From Heterodontus francisci (lineage: Eukaryota): a stretch of DNA of 64,000 bases. Below, in pieces: positions 24,386 through 39,550 of this stretch (its first letter is position 1; each line of letters begins with the position of its first letter). The notes beneath the pieces are model-generated. The model saw only the letters and a program-made list of their open reading frames with translations. It was not told the origin of the DNA and searched no databases. The stretch is from NCBI RefSeq assembly GCF_036365525.1, contig NW_027142325.1, forward strand, positions 124,001-188,000, read 5' to 3'. Made by a program: the position numbers and the translations under genes.

Positions 24386-27300
24386 TGTTATGATCCTGTT
24401 GTTTTTTGGGGGGAAAATATGTGGTGTGCCTTTGAGATGACAAAAGATCTGAACTGCTTTAAGAACAAGCAAGCCTCAGGAGTTACCAAGAAGGTGCATT
24501 TTGGTTGCCCGTGGATACAACCATGTGGAGAGAGAGCCAACCAGGTTCCAAGGGTGCATCCTGGTTGCCTTGGATATAACCACTCGGAGATTGAGGGTCG
24601 GTATACAATGCTACGATTGACTTTTAAAGTGGCTTTTTATTTGAGACAGATTGTTCTAACCGACAGACAGCTGGGCCAGCATGAACTGACCAGAGATCTC
24701 TGTTAATTTAAACTGAAGAAAGTAAATTTAGACTATTTTACCCCCCCCCACCCCCTCAAAATTCTAAAAGTTAAGCCACATTGATTTCTTTGAAAGTGGT
24801 ATCAAACTGTTGCTGTGTTCATCGCTGGACAAGAAGAACAACACTTCAACTGCTGAACTAGACTAGTGATTGTCCTACTGTTGGAGAACCTTCCCCCCCA
24901 CCATCCCCCATCAGACAACTGCGAAGACTTCGAGCAACATTGGATAGTTTCTACATTGGGAAGATTCCATTTCGACAGGAGTGTAAATCTGCAAGGACTT
25001 TGTTACTTCTATTTTTAACTGTTGTTTTATCTTAATAGTGTTTAAGAATTTAGTTTTTCTAATAAACAGTTAATTTGTTGATCTAAAGACACCTGGTTTA
25101 GTTCATACCATTCAGGGGTTAATAGATGGTTCAATTCGCCTGTGATTTTCCTTAGTTTGGAAAGTTTAAAGTTAGGCAATCTGTGGAGTGACAGGTCTCA
25201 ATTGACAGTGCATTGCTCCCACCGCAATTAGAATTGTATATTTTTATTAGGGGCTTTGTCTTGAGCGGTCATGTCGTAACATATTAATTGGGGGCTCGCT
25301 CATGATTGAATCTTATTTTAATTAAATGGCTCACATCTGGGGTCAGAATGAGACTAATTTGGAGGGTTTGCAATTGGAATCATATTAATTACTCATTTCT
25401 GGGATAACATATTTAAATTGGGGTCAATTGGAAACTCAATTGTTGGGATCTAATGTAACGCCAATTACAAAGAAATAAAGAACCAGATCTCTTGTATAAT
25501 AAGGTAAAGTCTATACCATTATAATGGCATTAATGGTTGCAGCAGAGTTTTTGGGAAAGCAGAATGTTTCCCTGAGTGACTTGATAACTTTAACTCAGAA
25601 TAAATTAAAAGAATTGGCAGCAAAATTGGGGTTAGAATTGAAATTAGGTGCCAAAAAAGCAGAGATAATTGACATAATAGTCCAACATCTGGAATTAGGA
25701 GAAGAAGATGATGAAGGAGAATATGAGGAACAAGAAAGCAATAGTTCAGAGAGTGATGCAGTGGTATTGGCTAGGATTCAGTTAGAAATGAAAAAACTTG
25801 AGGATGAAAGGGAATTAAGAAAACTTGAATTGTAAAAAGAGGAAAGAGAAAAAGAAAAAGCAATAGTAATAAGTAAACTTGAACAAGAGAAAGAAACAAC
25901 AAAAGACTTAAGCTTGAATTCCAGAAAGAGGATGGGAGAAAGAGTGGGAATTTAAATTAAAAGAGATGGAACTAAAACAAAGGGATGGTCTTGAATCCAG
26001 AGAAAGTTCAGGTCAGGAAGAATCTGAATTTAGCTCAGGACCCAGCGAAAAGCTGTTTAAATTTATACAGTCTCTTCCTACATTTGAGGAAAGGGATGTA
26101 GAGGCAGTTTTCATATCTTTCGTAAAAATAGCCAAACAGATGAAATGTCCGAAAGAAAGCTGGACACTGCTTATGCAGGGCAGGTTGGTAGGCAGAGCTC
26201 ATGAAGTTTATGCCATGCTTCCTGAAGAGGCTTCTGCAGATTATGAGATGGCAAAAAAGGCTATTCTCACTGTGTATGAGTTAGTCCCTGATGCTTACGG
26301 TCAGAAGTTTAGGAACTTACGGAGATTGACTGGGCAGACATATTTAGAATTTGAGAGGATGAAGCAAATTATTTTTGACCATTGGATACAGGCATTAAAG
26401 ATAGAAACCACATATGAGAACCTTTGAGAATTGATTCTCTTAGAAGACTTTAAAAATGCCATTCCTTCAGTAGTGGGAACTCATATAGATAACCTGAAAG
26501 TTTTGAAAGCTAGGCAAGCAGCAGAAATTGCTGATGATTTTGAGCTTGTGAATAAGCCAACCTCTTTTGTCCGTCACCCCCATAAACCTGAGAAGGATAG
26601 AAATTGGGAGAGTGAAAGGAAAGCAAGTAGCCGGGGACAAGAAGGAACAGCTGGGAATGCCTCAGGATCACCTCCTCAGGTCAGAAAGGAAGGTGCTGAG
26701 GATAGAAGTGAGGTTCGCAAGCCAATGTGTTATCATTGTAACAAAACGGGCCATGTTCGTTCAGAGTGCTGGAAATAGTGAGGTAAACCCATAGGATCTG
26801 TTGGGGTATGCAAAGTTAGTGCACAGGAAAAGACTCCGACTGAGAGTATAGCAGACCAGGCTATAGCTTTGATGACAGCTATGAAACCAGATATTAGAAC
26901 GAAAAGAGTGTAGAGGTTAAGAATAAAATACCTGAGAGTTACAATGAATTTCTGTCAAAGGGGTGAGTAACTCCTGTAAGTGAGACAGGAAAACCTATCA
27001 TTATACTCAGCGACACAGGAGCAACCTAATCGCTCTTGCTAGAGAAAGATATAAGGGTTCCACCAGAGAGTGCCTTGAACCCTAAAGTTTTACTTAATGG
27101 AATTGGCGGGGTGTATATACGCATATCTTTGTATAAAGTATGCCTAGAGAGTGACTTAATATCTGAGATAGTTACTGTAGGTGTTGTCCATAGTTTACCA
27201 GTGAAGGGAACTGATCTACTCCGAGGAAATGATTTCTGGATCAACAGTATCAGTGTCTCCTAAAGTTACAGAGAAACCAAGTGAAATTAAGGAAATGGAG

Positions 27301-27965
27301 CAATTACTGGAACAATTTTTCGTGGATATTTCCTGCGTGTATAGTTACCCGAGCAATGGCTAAACAGGATCCATTGTTGGAGGTAAAAGGGGCACCACAA
27401 ATAGATAGCCAAGTATCTGAAACCCTTATTTGGGGATTTAGATAATCCAAATGAGTTGTTTAACAGATCGTCTATCATTGCAGCACAGCAAGCTGATCCA
27501 GAGATATACCGAATAGCACAGAGAGTTCTGTCAGAAGCTGAGGAGACAGGAGTCCCAGAAGGCTGTTATATGGCAAACGGGGTTTTGAGGAGGAAATGGA
27601 GACCGCCTCATAGGCCTGCAGACAAAGGCTGGACAGTTGTTGAACAGATAGTAGTACGACCTAAATATCGCCAAGGATTATTAAGGTTAGCACACGACAT
27701 TCCTTTTGCAGGACATAGGGGAATTTGAAAGACCAAATCACACATAAGCCTGGTCAGGTTTTACAAAGGATGTGAGACAATTTTGTAGGACATGCCATAC
27801 CTGTCAAATGGTGGGAAAACCACAACCTACCATAAAACCAGCACCGCTAGTTCCCACATCAGTGATTGAGGAACCATTTAGCAGCGTGTTAGTAGATTGT
27901 GTAGGAACCTTGCCAAAAACAAAAGCAGGGCATCAATACATACTTAATATCATGGATATGGTAAC
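24386..27965 (+). mobile_element. Gmr1-like Gypsy element B, 3'-truncated (5' LTR, PBS, gag, protease, integrase N-terminus)
   Basis: LTR 24386-25281 (TGTTAT...GTAACA), PBS TGGGGGCTCG at ~25289, gag 25524-26778 with CYHCNKTGHVRSEC, protease DTGA at ~27012, integrase LAHD...GH...CRTCHTC directly after the protease. Confidence 0.9.
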
Positions 27966-28009
27966 AGTGGGAATGTGAGTTGTGAGGGGATGCAAAGAAG
28001 CATCAAGGG

Positions 28010-29350
28010 GATTACTCTCAATCATCAGTAAAGTGATGGAAGGTGTCATCAACAGTGCCATCAAGCGGCACTTGCTTAGCAATAAGCTGCTCAGTGACGC
28101 TCAGTTTGGGTTCTGCCACAGCGACTCAGCTCCTGACCTCATTACAGCCTTGGTTCAAACGTGGACAAAAGAGCTGAACTCAAGGTGTGAGGTGAGAGTG
28201 ACTGCCCTTGACATTAAGACAGCATTTGACCGAGTATGGCATCAAGGAGCCCAAGCAAAACTGAGGTCAATGGGAATCAGGGGGAAAGTCCTCTGCTGGT
28301 TGGAGTCATAACTAGCGCAAGGTAAGATGGTTGTGGTTGTTGGAGGTCAATGACCTGAGCTCCAGGACATCACTGCAGGAGTTCCTCAGGATAGTGTCCT
28401 CGGCCCAACCATCATCAGCTGCTTCATCAATGACCTTCCTTCAATCATAAGGTCAGAATTGGGGATGTTCGCTGATGATTGCACAATGTTCAGTAGCATT
28501 TGTGACTCATCAGATACTGAAGCAGTCTGTGTGGAAATGCAGCAAGACCTGGACAATATCCAGGCTTGGGCTGATAAGTGGCAAGTAACATTTGCGCCAC
28601 ACAAGTGCCAGGCAACGACCATCTCCAACAAGAGAGAATCTAACCATCTCCCCTTGACATTCAATGGCATTACCATCGTTGAATCCCCCACTATCAACAT
28701 CCTAGGGCTACCATTGACCAGAAACTGAACTGGAGTAGCCATATAAATACTGTGGCTACAAGAGCAGGTCAGAGGTAGGGAATTCTGAGGCGAGTAACTC
28801 ACCTCCTGACTCCCCAAAGCCTGTCCACAATCTACAAGGCACAAGTCAGGAGTGTGATGGGATACTCTCCACTTGTCTGGATGGGTGCAGCTCCAACAAC
28901 ACTCAAGAAGTTCGACAACAGGACAAAGCAGCCCACTTGATTGGCACCCCATCTACAAACATTCACTCCCTCCACCACCGACGCACAGTGGCAGCTGTGT
29001 GTACCATCTACAAGATGCACTGCAGCAACGCACCAAGGCTCCTTAGACAGCACCTTCCAAACCCGTGAGTTCTACCAACTAGAAGGACAAGGGCAGCAAA
29101 TGCATGGGAACACCACCACCTGCAAGTTCGCTTCCAAGTCACACACCATCCTGACTTGGAACTATGTCGCCGTTCCTTCACTGTCGTTGGGTCAAAATCC
29201 TGGAACTCCCTTCCTAACAGCACTGTGGGTGTACCTAGCCCACATGGACTGCAGCGGTTCAAGAAGGCAGCTCACCACCACCTTCTCAAGGGCAATTAGG
29301 GATGGGCAATAAATGCTGGCCTGGCCAGTGACGCCCACATCCCATGAATG
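28010..29350 (+). mobile_element. CR1-group LINE (CR1/L2/Crack-like) 3' fragment
   Basis: Motifs LDIKTAFDRVWH, GVPQ and FADD, with a 3' tail gcccacatcccatgaatgaa. A related decayed copy lies at ~44620-45390. Confidence 0.8.
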
Positions 29351-29419
29351 AATTAAAGAAAAGACAGGCCAAGTGAGTTGGCAGGAACATGGCAGATGGA
29401 ATATAACGTGGAAAAATGT

Positions 29420-29833
29420 GGGCCGGAATTTGAGGTTGGGTGGGAGGCTCCACCCACCATCCATAACGTCAGGGGCAAGCCCGCCTTCGCCAGGCCTGGG
29501 AGCAACACCAAGATCATATGTCCCCCAGGCCCTAAGTTGGCCTTAGGTGGGACTTCTGCCAATCAGTGGGCCAGCAGCTCTCAGTACCAGCAGCGCTACT
29601 GCTGGAACTCCACCAAGATTCGGCAGCAAGAGGGACGCCGGTCCCGGATAAAGGTTTGTGAGGCTTCACCAGGGACAATTGTCTTGGCCGTTTCACGCCG
29701 CCACTGCCCCTGGTAAATTTGTAGTGGAGTCGGCAAGGCGTCGGGAATGGCACAGCGTGCCTCCCACTCAATTTTACAACTCCCCCCCACCCATGCCACT
29801 AGCCCACTCCTGTAGGAGGTGTAAAATTCCAGC
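29420..29833. mobile_element. MITE-like non-autonomous DNA element (possibly PIF/Harbinger)
   Basis: Imperfect TIRs GGCCGGAATTT / AAATTCCAGC with tgt on both flanks. It interrupts a CR1 RT at EKC/EVIH. Confidence 0.65.
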
Positions 29834-32800
29834 TGTGAAGTTATTCACTTTGCTGGGAAGAACAGAAATGCAGAGTATTTCTTAAATGGTGAGAGATTGG
29901 GAAGTGTTGATGTCCAAAGGGACCTGGGTGTCCTTGTTCATAAGTCACTGAAAGCTAACCTGCAGGTGCAGCAAGCAATTAGGAAGGCAAATGCTATGTT
30001 GGACTTTATTGTAAGAGGATGTGAGTAGAGGAGTAAAGGAGTCTTGCTGCAATTGTGTAGAGCCTTGGTGAGACTGCACCTGGAGTATTGTGTATAGTTT
30101 TGGTCTCCTTACCTAAGGAAGGATATACTTTCCATACAGGGAGTGTAATAGCGGTTTGCCAGACTGATCCTTGGGATGGTCGGATTGAGGAGACTGGGCC
30201 TATATTCTCTAGAATTTAGAAGAATGAGTGGTGATCTCACTGAAGCATACAAAATTCTTACAGGGCTCGACAGGGTTCTTGCAGGTAAGATGTTTCCCCT
30301 GGCTTGAGGCGTCTAGAACCAGGGGACACAGACTCAGAATAAGAGATAGGCCATTTAGGACTGAGATGAGAAGGAATTTCTTCATGCAGAGTCTGGTGTA
30401 TCTGTTGAATTCTCTACCACAGAGGGCTATTGAGGCTCAGTCATTGAGTATGTCCAAGGAAAAGACTGATAGATTTCTAGACATTAAAGATGTCAAGGGA
30501 TATGGGGATAGTGCAGGAAAAGGGTGTTGAAGTGGAAGATCAGCCATGATCAAGTTGATTAGTGGAACAGGCTCAAGGGGCTGAATGGCCGACTCCTGCT
30601 CCTAGTTCTTATGATCCTATGTTTCCAAGTTCCTATGTTCTTTCTGTATTTGTTCTTTCTCTTTGGCCTCATTTGGCTGGTTTAAGACCACTGGGGCTGC
30701 TATCACTTTACCTCCAGCCAAATCATCGCCGAGCTGCAAATCTATTCCGGCCACAGGCAGACAATGAATAATCCCTATTGTAACTGGTCCAGATACTAGT
30801 GTAGGTGGATCCAATACAAGAGCACTGACATGTATCCATCTTCAGTGCCTCTTACCAGAACCTTTGCCTTGATTGAGCTGTCTGGTGGAACGGTCATCCT
30901 TTTACCCAGCATTAAGGAGTGAGTGGCCAATGAATCTCAGAGCAGAACAATGGATTTTCCTGTCTCATTAGAGGGATATGGGACACCTTTCCCTTTCAAA
31001 CAAAATCCTGATAACCTTCAGGAATCTTTTCTACTTCTGCTACATCTGGGACAGTATTCTTTGAGGAGTGTATTACAGTGGTTTGGGTCACAGGCTTGTC
31101 TGCCTTGTTGCCTACTTGGGCTCCTTTTCCAACTCAGCTCTGTGAACTCCTACAAAATTTACTGTCTCCCCTTTAAATTCCAGCTTTCACATGCCACGTT
31201 TTACTGCAATGGAAACACACAGGTCTGTGGAAAACATTCCTGCCCTTTGCACTTTATTTCCTTACTGGTGCAGGTCTTCTTGCATTCTCACTTTTGGTTC
31301 CCTTTTCACCAGCACCCCATCTTTTATTATTATTAATCCACTTTCTGTCCTTCCCAGAACTCTTGCGATTATTATAGATGGGTTTTCCATGAAAAAGGAT
31401 TTTTGAGTAAGCACATAATCATCTGCCATTTCAGCAGCTTCTCTTACCCTTGTAATTCTTTGCTCCTCCATATGAGTCTTTATGTTGAGGGGGATGCTAT
31501 TTTTAAATCCTTCTCGTAAAATTATTTCTCTCAAATTTCCATTTGAGATTCTAACTTGAGAGATCGGATCCTGTGAACGAAAGCCATGAGTTTAATTCTT
31601 TCAAATTCAATAAAGGTTTGGGCAGGTTTTTTCCTAGCATTTCAAACCTGCGGCTGATAGGCACGTATGCATTTAAGATCGCAGTTTTAGTCTGTTCTTA
31701 ATCAGAGGAGCTTTCTTCTGATAACATGGAATGAACTTCACAAGCTCTACCCACCAATTCATCTTGTACGAGGAGGGTCCAATATTCTTTTGGCCATCCT
31801 AGTCTGTATCTATTTTTTCAAAGAAGATAAAATGGAGCTCGACCTCTTCCTTATTACATTTTGGCACAAATTGTGAGTATCTTAAAACAGCAAAGTTACT
31901 TTGCGAATTGTGGATCTAGTTTGAGTGGCTGGTTGCATTCTCACCTTGTACTTGCAGCCTTTCTAACTCAAACTTTCTCACCGCTTCCTGCCTTTCCTTT
32001 TGAAGTTGAAACTCTTCTTCCTCTTTTTCCTTTTGAAGTTGAAACCCTTTCCTCTTTTCTCAAGTGCAACTCCTCCCTCTCTTTCTGAATTCTAGCTAGG
32101 GCCCTGTTTTCAGTATCAGATCCCATGGTTGCTTCTCCTGGTTCTGGGTTAAAATTAAAATGGCTCACTAGATTCTTCAACATTTTAGGTTTCTTTGTTT
32201 TTTGTTTGAAAGTGACTCCCACCTGGGCAGCTCAGGTTGTTACGACCAGGCGAGGAAGGGATCTCAGGCTCCTCTTTCGCCTCTTCTCTGGGTTGACCAC
32301 AACAGGGTTTATCTTTTTTTAACACAGTGATTTAACTGACCACCTCAGTGAACAATTGCTCCAGTTTTCCTAATATAATTGCAAATGAACCAACAAGACA
32401 GGTATTTTTGAGTGTAAACAAGAAAGATGTAAGTTTATTAACCTTATCACTCTAAACCGGTTAATATTACTAAAATACACTGCGCCTCCATGCCCATATT
32501 CACACAAGAGCCACACACACACACACACACACAAATAAATTACAGAGGGAAAAGCAAATTTTGGGAGGTTGGAGTAGAATCCTTAATAAATGCAGTTTAA
32601 ATACTGAATCTCAGTCCCAGAGTCTTTAGTTGAAATTGTAGTCCTGAAGTCTTCGCTGGGCCATATGCACGGGTCGGGCTGGCTTCTCAGGTTCTGGAAG
32701 GCAGGAGAGGGACTTTATCCTTGTCCCCTGGTTGCTGACTGTAAGGATCTGTAAACTTGTCTTCCACCAGCGTCAGCTTGAGGCTTCTCAGGATCTGTAC

Positions 32801-33479
32801 TGGAGAGAGAGAGAGAGAGATGCTGTTCCCTAGCTAGATCCCAGTTACTGTCTGGCTTCTGAGTCACCACTCACAAATCTCCTGAGTGGGCCAAGCAGTC
32901 ATGTGATGTGACCACCTCTTTGTGTTTGAATCAGCATCTTCCGGAATGATCTTTGAAATTTTCCCCCGAGCTGTTCAGACATACTTGATAGTGGGAGGTT
33001 TGGCTCTTTCAATGTCAATGGATGTCGATGGCTTTTGACGACCCCCATTGATAAGGTTATCCCAGATAAATGAATCGGAGAGCATCCCATTGACCTGGCT
33101 CGACTGAGTAATCACATCTGTCTCCGGCCTGATTCTTTGGTGTTTTCATATGCAAATTGTGCGTGGCCAGCTTGGCTGCCAGCTGTTGCGTTTTCAAAAG
33201 TTATTTGTAACAATGTCCAGTACAAGTCTCAGGCAAAGTTCCATATGATGAAATTAATATTTCCATTTGGCATGTGGGGCTTCCGTCACACCTCTGGACC
33301 ATGCCGAATGAAATGTGACAATGGATGCATTTCATTATAGGAGTTAAAAAAAAGAGAAAACACTGGAAAACACACATGCATTTTTTCATTCACTCTCATC
33401 CACTCTGTCATCCACTCAGAAATCTTAATATTGTTGCAGCTTGTCCTTTTTTCCTCTGAAGCAGCAGTGTTGATTTCAC

Positions 33480-36400
33480 AGAATCACAGAATCGTTACAG
33501 TGCAGAAGGAGGCCATTGTCTCCGCACTGGCTCTCTGAAAGAGCAATTTCCTCAGTTCCATTCCCCTGCCTTCTCTCCATAACCTTGCACATTCTTCCTT
33601 TTCATATAACTGTCTAATTCCCTTTTGAATGCTTCAATTGAACCTGCCTCCACCACATTCTCAGGCAGTGCATTCCAGACCTTAACCACTTGCTGCAGGA
33701 AAAAGTTTTTCCTCATGTCACTTTTGCTTCTCTTACCAAATACTTTAAATCTGTGCCTTCTCATTCTCAATCCTTTCATGAGTGGGAACAGTTTTTCTCT
33801 AGCTACTCTTTCCAGACCCTTCATGATTATGAATACCTCTATCAAATCACCTCTCAGCCTTCTCTTCTCCAAGGAAAACAGTCCTAACTTCTCCAATCTA
33901 TCTTCATAACTGAAATTCCTCATCCCTGGAACCATTCTGGTGAATCTTTTCTGTACTCTCTCCAATGCCCTCACATCTTTCCTCAAGTGCGGTGCCCAGA
34001 ATTCAACGCAATACTCCAGCTGAGGACAATCTAGTGTCTTATACAAGTTCAACAAAACTTCCTTGCTCTTGTACTCTATGCCCTTATTAATAAAGCCCCA
34101 GACTCTCAACCTGCCACCTTCAATGACTTATGCACGTATATACCTAGGTCCCTCTGCTCTTGCACCCCCTTTAGAATTGTACCCTTTATTCTATATTGCC
34201 TCTCCATGTTCTTCCTACCAAAATGAATCACTTCACATTTCTCAGCATTGAACTTCATCTGCCACCTGTCTTCCCCTGCCACCAACTTGTCTATGTCCTT
34301 TTGTAGTTCTACACTATCCTCCTCACAGTTCACAATGTTTTGTATCATCTGCAAACTTTGAAATTGTGCCCTGTACACCAAGGTCTAGGTCATTAATATA
34401 CATCAGGAAAAGCAAGGGTCCCAACACTGATCCCTGGGGAACTCCACTACAAACATTCCTGCAGTCCGAAAAACATCCATTAACCACTGCTCTTTGTTTC
34501 CTGTTACTCAGCCAATTCCGTATCCATGTTGTTACTGTCCTGCTTATTCCATGAGCTACAGGTTTGTTCACAAGTCTGTTATGTGGCACTGTATCAAACG
34601 CATTTTGAAAGTCCATGTACACTACATCAACAGCATTGCCCTCATCAACCCTCTCTGTTACCTCCTCAAAAAACTCGAGCAAATTAGTTAAACATGATTT
34701 TCCATTAAGAAATCCATGCTGGTTTTCCTTAATTAACTCGTATTTGTCCATGTGACTATTGATTTTGTCCCAAATTATTTTTCCTAGAAGTTTTCCCACC
34801 GCTGAAGTCAAACTGGCTGGCCTGTAGTTGCTGGGCTTATCTTTACACCCTTTTTTGAACAAGGGAGTAATGTTTGCAATTCTCCAGACCTCTGGCACCA
34901 CTCTCGAGTATAAGGAAGACTGAAAAATTATGGCCAGTGCCTCTGCGATTTCCACTGTCACTTCCCTCAATATCCTTGGATGCATCTCATCTGGTCCTGG
35001 TGCTTTATCCTCTTTAAGTACAGACAGCCTATCTAATACTTCCTCATTGTCAATTTTAAACCCTCTAGTATCTGACTTGCCTCCTCTTTCAACAATGCTT
35101 AGGTTGCATCTTCTTCCTTGGTAATGACAGATACAAATTTAATACCTCAGCTATGCCCTTTAACTCCATGTGTAAATCCCCTTTCTGGTCCCTAATAGTC
35201 CCCACTCCTCCTTTTACCACCCTTTTACTATTTATATTCCTATAGAAAACTTTGGGATTCCCTTTAATGCTAGTTGCCAGTCTCTTTTCATGCTCTCTCT
35301 TTGCTTCTCTTATTTGATTTTTCACTTCCCCTCTGGACATTTTATATTTAGCCTGGTTCTCAATAGTATTTTCTACCTGGCATCTGTCACAAGCACACTT
35401 TTTCTTCTTTATATTAATCTTTACCTCTTTTGTCATCCAGGGAGCTCTGGATTTGTTTGCCCTACTTTTCCCCATTGTCATCGACCGGTTTTCCTCCCAG
35501 CTTTTAACTCTAATTTATTCGCCCAACTCCATTCTTCTCCCATTGAAGTTGATTATTCTTACTCTGGATTGCTGTTTGTCCTTTTCCATAGTCAGCCTAA
35601 ACCTTATGATCCAATGATCACTATCCCCTAAATGCTCTCCTACTGATACTTGATCCAATCGGCCCACCTCATTCCCAAGAACCAGGTCTAGCAGTGCCTC
35701 CTTTCTTGTTGGACTAGCAACATACTGTTGTAAAACATTTTCGTGAACACACTCTAGGAACTCTTGCCCGTCACTGACCTTTACACTCCTATTATCCCAG
35801 TCTATGTTTGGATAATTAAAGACCCCCATTATAACTACCCGATAATTTTTGCAGCTCACTGGAATTTTCTTGCAAATTTGTTCCTCCACGTCCTTCCCAC
35901 TAGCTGGTGGCCTGTAGATAACACTGAGCAATGTAACTGTATCTTTTTTCTTCCTTAGCTCTAGCCAAATTGATTTTGTCCTCGACCCCTCTGGGACATC
36001 CTTTTTCTCCAGCACTGCAACAGTTTCCTTCAACAATACCGCCACTCCTCCCCCTTTTTCCCTTTCTTACCTTTCCTGAACACCTTGTATCCAGGAATAT
36101 TCAACACCCAGTCCAGCCCTTCTTTGAGCCTGGTCTCTGTTCAAGCCTCAACATCACATTTCCACAAGGCAATCTGCACCTGTACCTCACTGGTCTTATT
36201 ACCCACAGTCCATGCATTCACATACATGCACATTAACCCTGATTCAGACTTTATTACTTTCTCCCTTACGCTGACCCCACCTAATAATTTACTATTCCCG
36301 ACTCCGAGTCGTGGATAGTGATGAGGATTGTCAGAGGATACAGCAGGATAGAGATCGGTTGGAGACTTGGGCGGAGAAATGGCAGATGGAGTTTAATCCG

Positions 36401-38047
36401 GACAAATGTGAGGTAATGCATTTTGGAAGATCTGATACAGGTGGGAAGTATACAGTAAATGGCAGAACCCTCAGGAGTATTGACAGGCAGAGAGATCTGG
36501 GCGTACAGGTCCACAGATCACTGAAAGTAGCAACGCAGGTGGATAAGGTAATCAAGAAGGCATACGGCATGCTTGCTTTCATCGGTCGGGGCATAGAGTA
36601 TAAAAATTGGCAAGTCATGCTGCAGCTGTACAGAACCTTAGTTAGGCCACACTAGGAATATTGCGTACAATTCTGGTCACCACACTACCAGAAGGAAGTG
36701 GAGGCTTTGGAGATGGTACAGAAGAGGTTTACCAGGATGTTGCCTGGTCTGGAGGGCATTAGCTATGAGGAGAGGCTGGATAAACACGGATTGTTTTCAC
36801 TGGAATGACGGAGGTGGAGGGGCGACATGATAGAGGTTTACAAAGTTATGAGTGGCATGGACAGAGTGGACAGTCAGAAGCTTTTTCCCAGGGTGGAAGA
36901 GTCAGTTACTAGGGGACATAGGTTTAAGGTGCGAGGTGCAAAGTTTAGAGGGAATGTGCGAGGCAAGTTCTTTACACAGAGGGTGGTGAGTGCCTGGAAC
37001 TTGCTGCCAGGGGAGGTGGTGGAAGCAGATACGATAGCGACGTTTAAGAGGCGTCTTGACAAATACATAAATAGGATGGGAATAGAGGGATACGGTCCCC
37101 GGAAGAGCAGAAGGTTTTAGTTTAGGCAGGCATCAAGATCAGCGCAGGCTTGGAGGGCCGAATGGCCTGTTCCTGTGCTGTACTGTTCTTTGTTTTTTGT
37201 ACTCTTGTTCTATCTATCTCCCCCAGTATTCTGTGCTCCTTGGTTTTCCTCTCTGATACTTGCTCCTGGTTCACACACCCCTGACAAGTTACCAGTTTTG
37301 CTTCCCTGCAATCTGAGCTCCCTCTCAGGTTCCCACCCCCTGACAATTTAGTTTAAACCTTCCCCCAACAGCACTGGCAAATCTCCCTGCAAGGATATTC
37401 GTCCGTCTTGCTCAGATGCAACCCGTCCATCTTGTACAGGTCCCACCTGCCCCAGAACAGGTCCCAATGCCTCAGAAATCTGATGCGTTCCCTTCTACAC
37501 CAGTTCTTCAGCCACATGTTCAATTGCTCAATTCTACTATTCCTCTGCTCACTTGCATATGGGACTGGGAGTAATCCTGAGATTACTGCTTTTGAGGTCC
37601 TGCTTTTTAGTCTCCTTCCTAGCTCCCTAAAATCTGCTTTCAGGACCTCATCCCCCTTCTTAACTATGTCATTGGTACCAATGTGGACCACGGCCTCTGG
37701 CTGTTCACCCTCCCCCAGAAGAATGTCCTGCAGCCGCTCCGTGACATCCTTGACCCTAACACCAGGGGAGGCAACACACCACCCTGGAGTCATGTTTACT
37801 GCCATAGAAACGCCTCTCTGTTCCCCTAACTAATGAATCCCCTATCACTACTGCTCTTCCACTCTTCGTCCCCCCATTCTGTGCAGCTGAGCCACCTGTG
37901 ATGCCACAAACTTGGATCTGACTGCCACTCCTCTGAGGAATCATCACCCTCACTAGTATCCAAAATGGAAAACCGATTAGCGAGTGAGATCATATCAGGG
38001 GACTCCTGCACTACCTGCCTGGTTCTCTTAGATTGCCTGGCGGTCAC
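33480..38047 (-). mobile_element. Near full-length decayed CR1 LINE
   Basis: ORF1 esterase (GDSLVRG, VVHIGTNDI) 37353-38047, APE 35515-36240, RT 33552-34985, tail at 33480. Confidence 0.9.
36305..37200 (+). mobile_element. 5'-truncated CR1 (HER1-like) nested in the preceding CR1
   Basis: RT C-terminus WQMEFNPDKCEVMHFG, tgttct-type tail, actc on both flanks. Confidence 0.85.
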
Positions 38048-39550
38048 TCATTCTTTGGGGTATGGGGTTACTCTCCCTTTGGACACAATATCCTGATAAC
38101 ATTCAGGGATCTCGTTACATTTTCCTGTACCCAGAGCAGACTGTTTCCTGGGACTTACTGCTGTTGCAATTAAAGCCACAGCCTGCTCTGCTGTGCTTTC
38201 CATCAGGGTCCCTTTTCCAGCACTGGGCAGGTGTGCCCTGATTAACCTTATAGGCTTTCCCCTAAGCTGCAACTGGACTCGCTCTGTGCACTTTTTGTTC
38301 CTCCACATGGGTCTTTATAGAAAGAGGGAGAGAGTTTTTCAATTCCTCAAGTAGAATCAACTCTCTGAGGTTTTCATACGTGGGCTGCACTTTAAGGGCC
38401 CTTAACCACTGGCCAAAAAACAGCTCCTTACTGCTTTCAAACTCGAGGTAAGTTTGATCAGCTTGTTACCGGAGGGTTCGGAATTTCTGGCAGTACGCTT
38501 CTGGTACTAGCTCATATGCCCCAATGATAGCATTTTTAGTCAATTCATAATTTAATGAACCAGCAACAGTGAATAAACCTTTTCCTGTTAGCTTGCTTTG
38601 TCGCTGGAGGATCCAGCTCTTGGCCGGCCATTTCAACTGTCTCGCAAGCTTTTCAAAAGTTACAAAAATGCTTCCACATCCCCCTCATTGAAACTTGGGA
38701 TCAATTGGGAGAACTTTATGAGCTCAGCACATGGTCCTGAGTTAAGTGCAGTCTCCATATTGGCCATGCTTTCACTGGCCCCACACTGCCCCACCCCACC
38801 CCACCCCCAGCTAATTCAAGCCGCCGTAACTCCCTATCTTGCTGCTCCTTCTGGAAAATTCTCTCTCTTTCTTCCTGTCTTCCAATTCATGTTTCCTTTG
38901 TTCGAATTGTGTCCTAGCTAACATTACCTTGTCTGAGTCTGACTCCAACCCTGTCTCCGAATCTTCAGGTTCGAGTGAAAACTGGTTGGCCACAAGTCTT
39001 AGGATGTCGGATTTCTTACCTCTTGCACGGAAAGTAATCCCAAACTGCCCAGCCACATTTTTCAACTTTTCCACTTATAGGGCCTTTATCTTATCCCAAG
39101 TTACTTCATCCTGGCTTGGGAAAGTACTGGCCTCGGATGCGGAGATGTTAGTATTCTAGCAACACAAACCACAAGAAAACCTGTATTGATTTTTTTTTTG
39201 TTGGGATCAATTTGGTTTCTCACTTCCAATTTCTCGTTTGTCTGTGTACAATGCCAGACTAGAGCCCCCAAATTTCTGTTACGACCAGGTGAGGAAGGGG
39301 TCTCAGACTCCCCTTTTGCCCCTTCTCTGGGTTGACCACAGCAGGGTTTATCTTTTTTAACAGAGATTTAACTTACCACCTCAGTGAGCGCTTACTCCTG
39401 TTCCTCTAATATATTTGCAAATGAACCAATCAGACAGGTTTTCTTTCTTGAGTTTAAACAAGAAAGATGTAAGTTTATTAACCTTATCACTCTAAACCGG
39501 TTAAAATTACTAAAATACGCTATGCATCCATACCCACATTCACACAAGAG

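Larger units (their letters stand above)
20950..30640 (+). mobile_element. Full-length decayed CR1 LINE (ORF1 esterase, APE, RT) carrying nested insertions
   Basis: ORF1 GDSVVRG...VVVHG at ~21430-22330, APE LYLNAHSI...ETWL at ~22510, RT at 23700-24385 and 29350-30530, (cctatgtt)n tail. It interrupts the pol frame of element A (EQIQKE/IYGIFP). Confidence 0.85.
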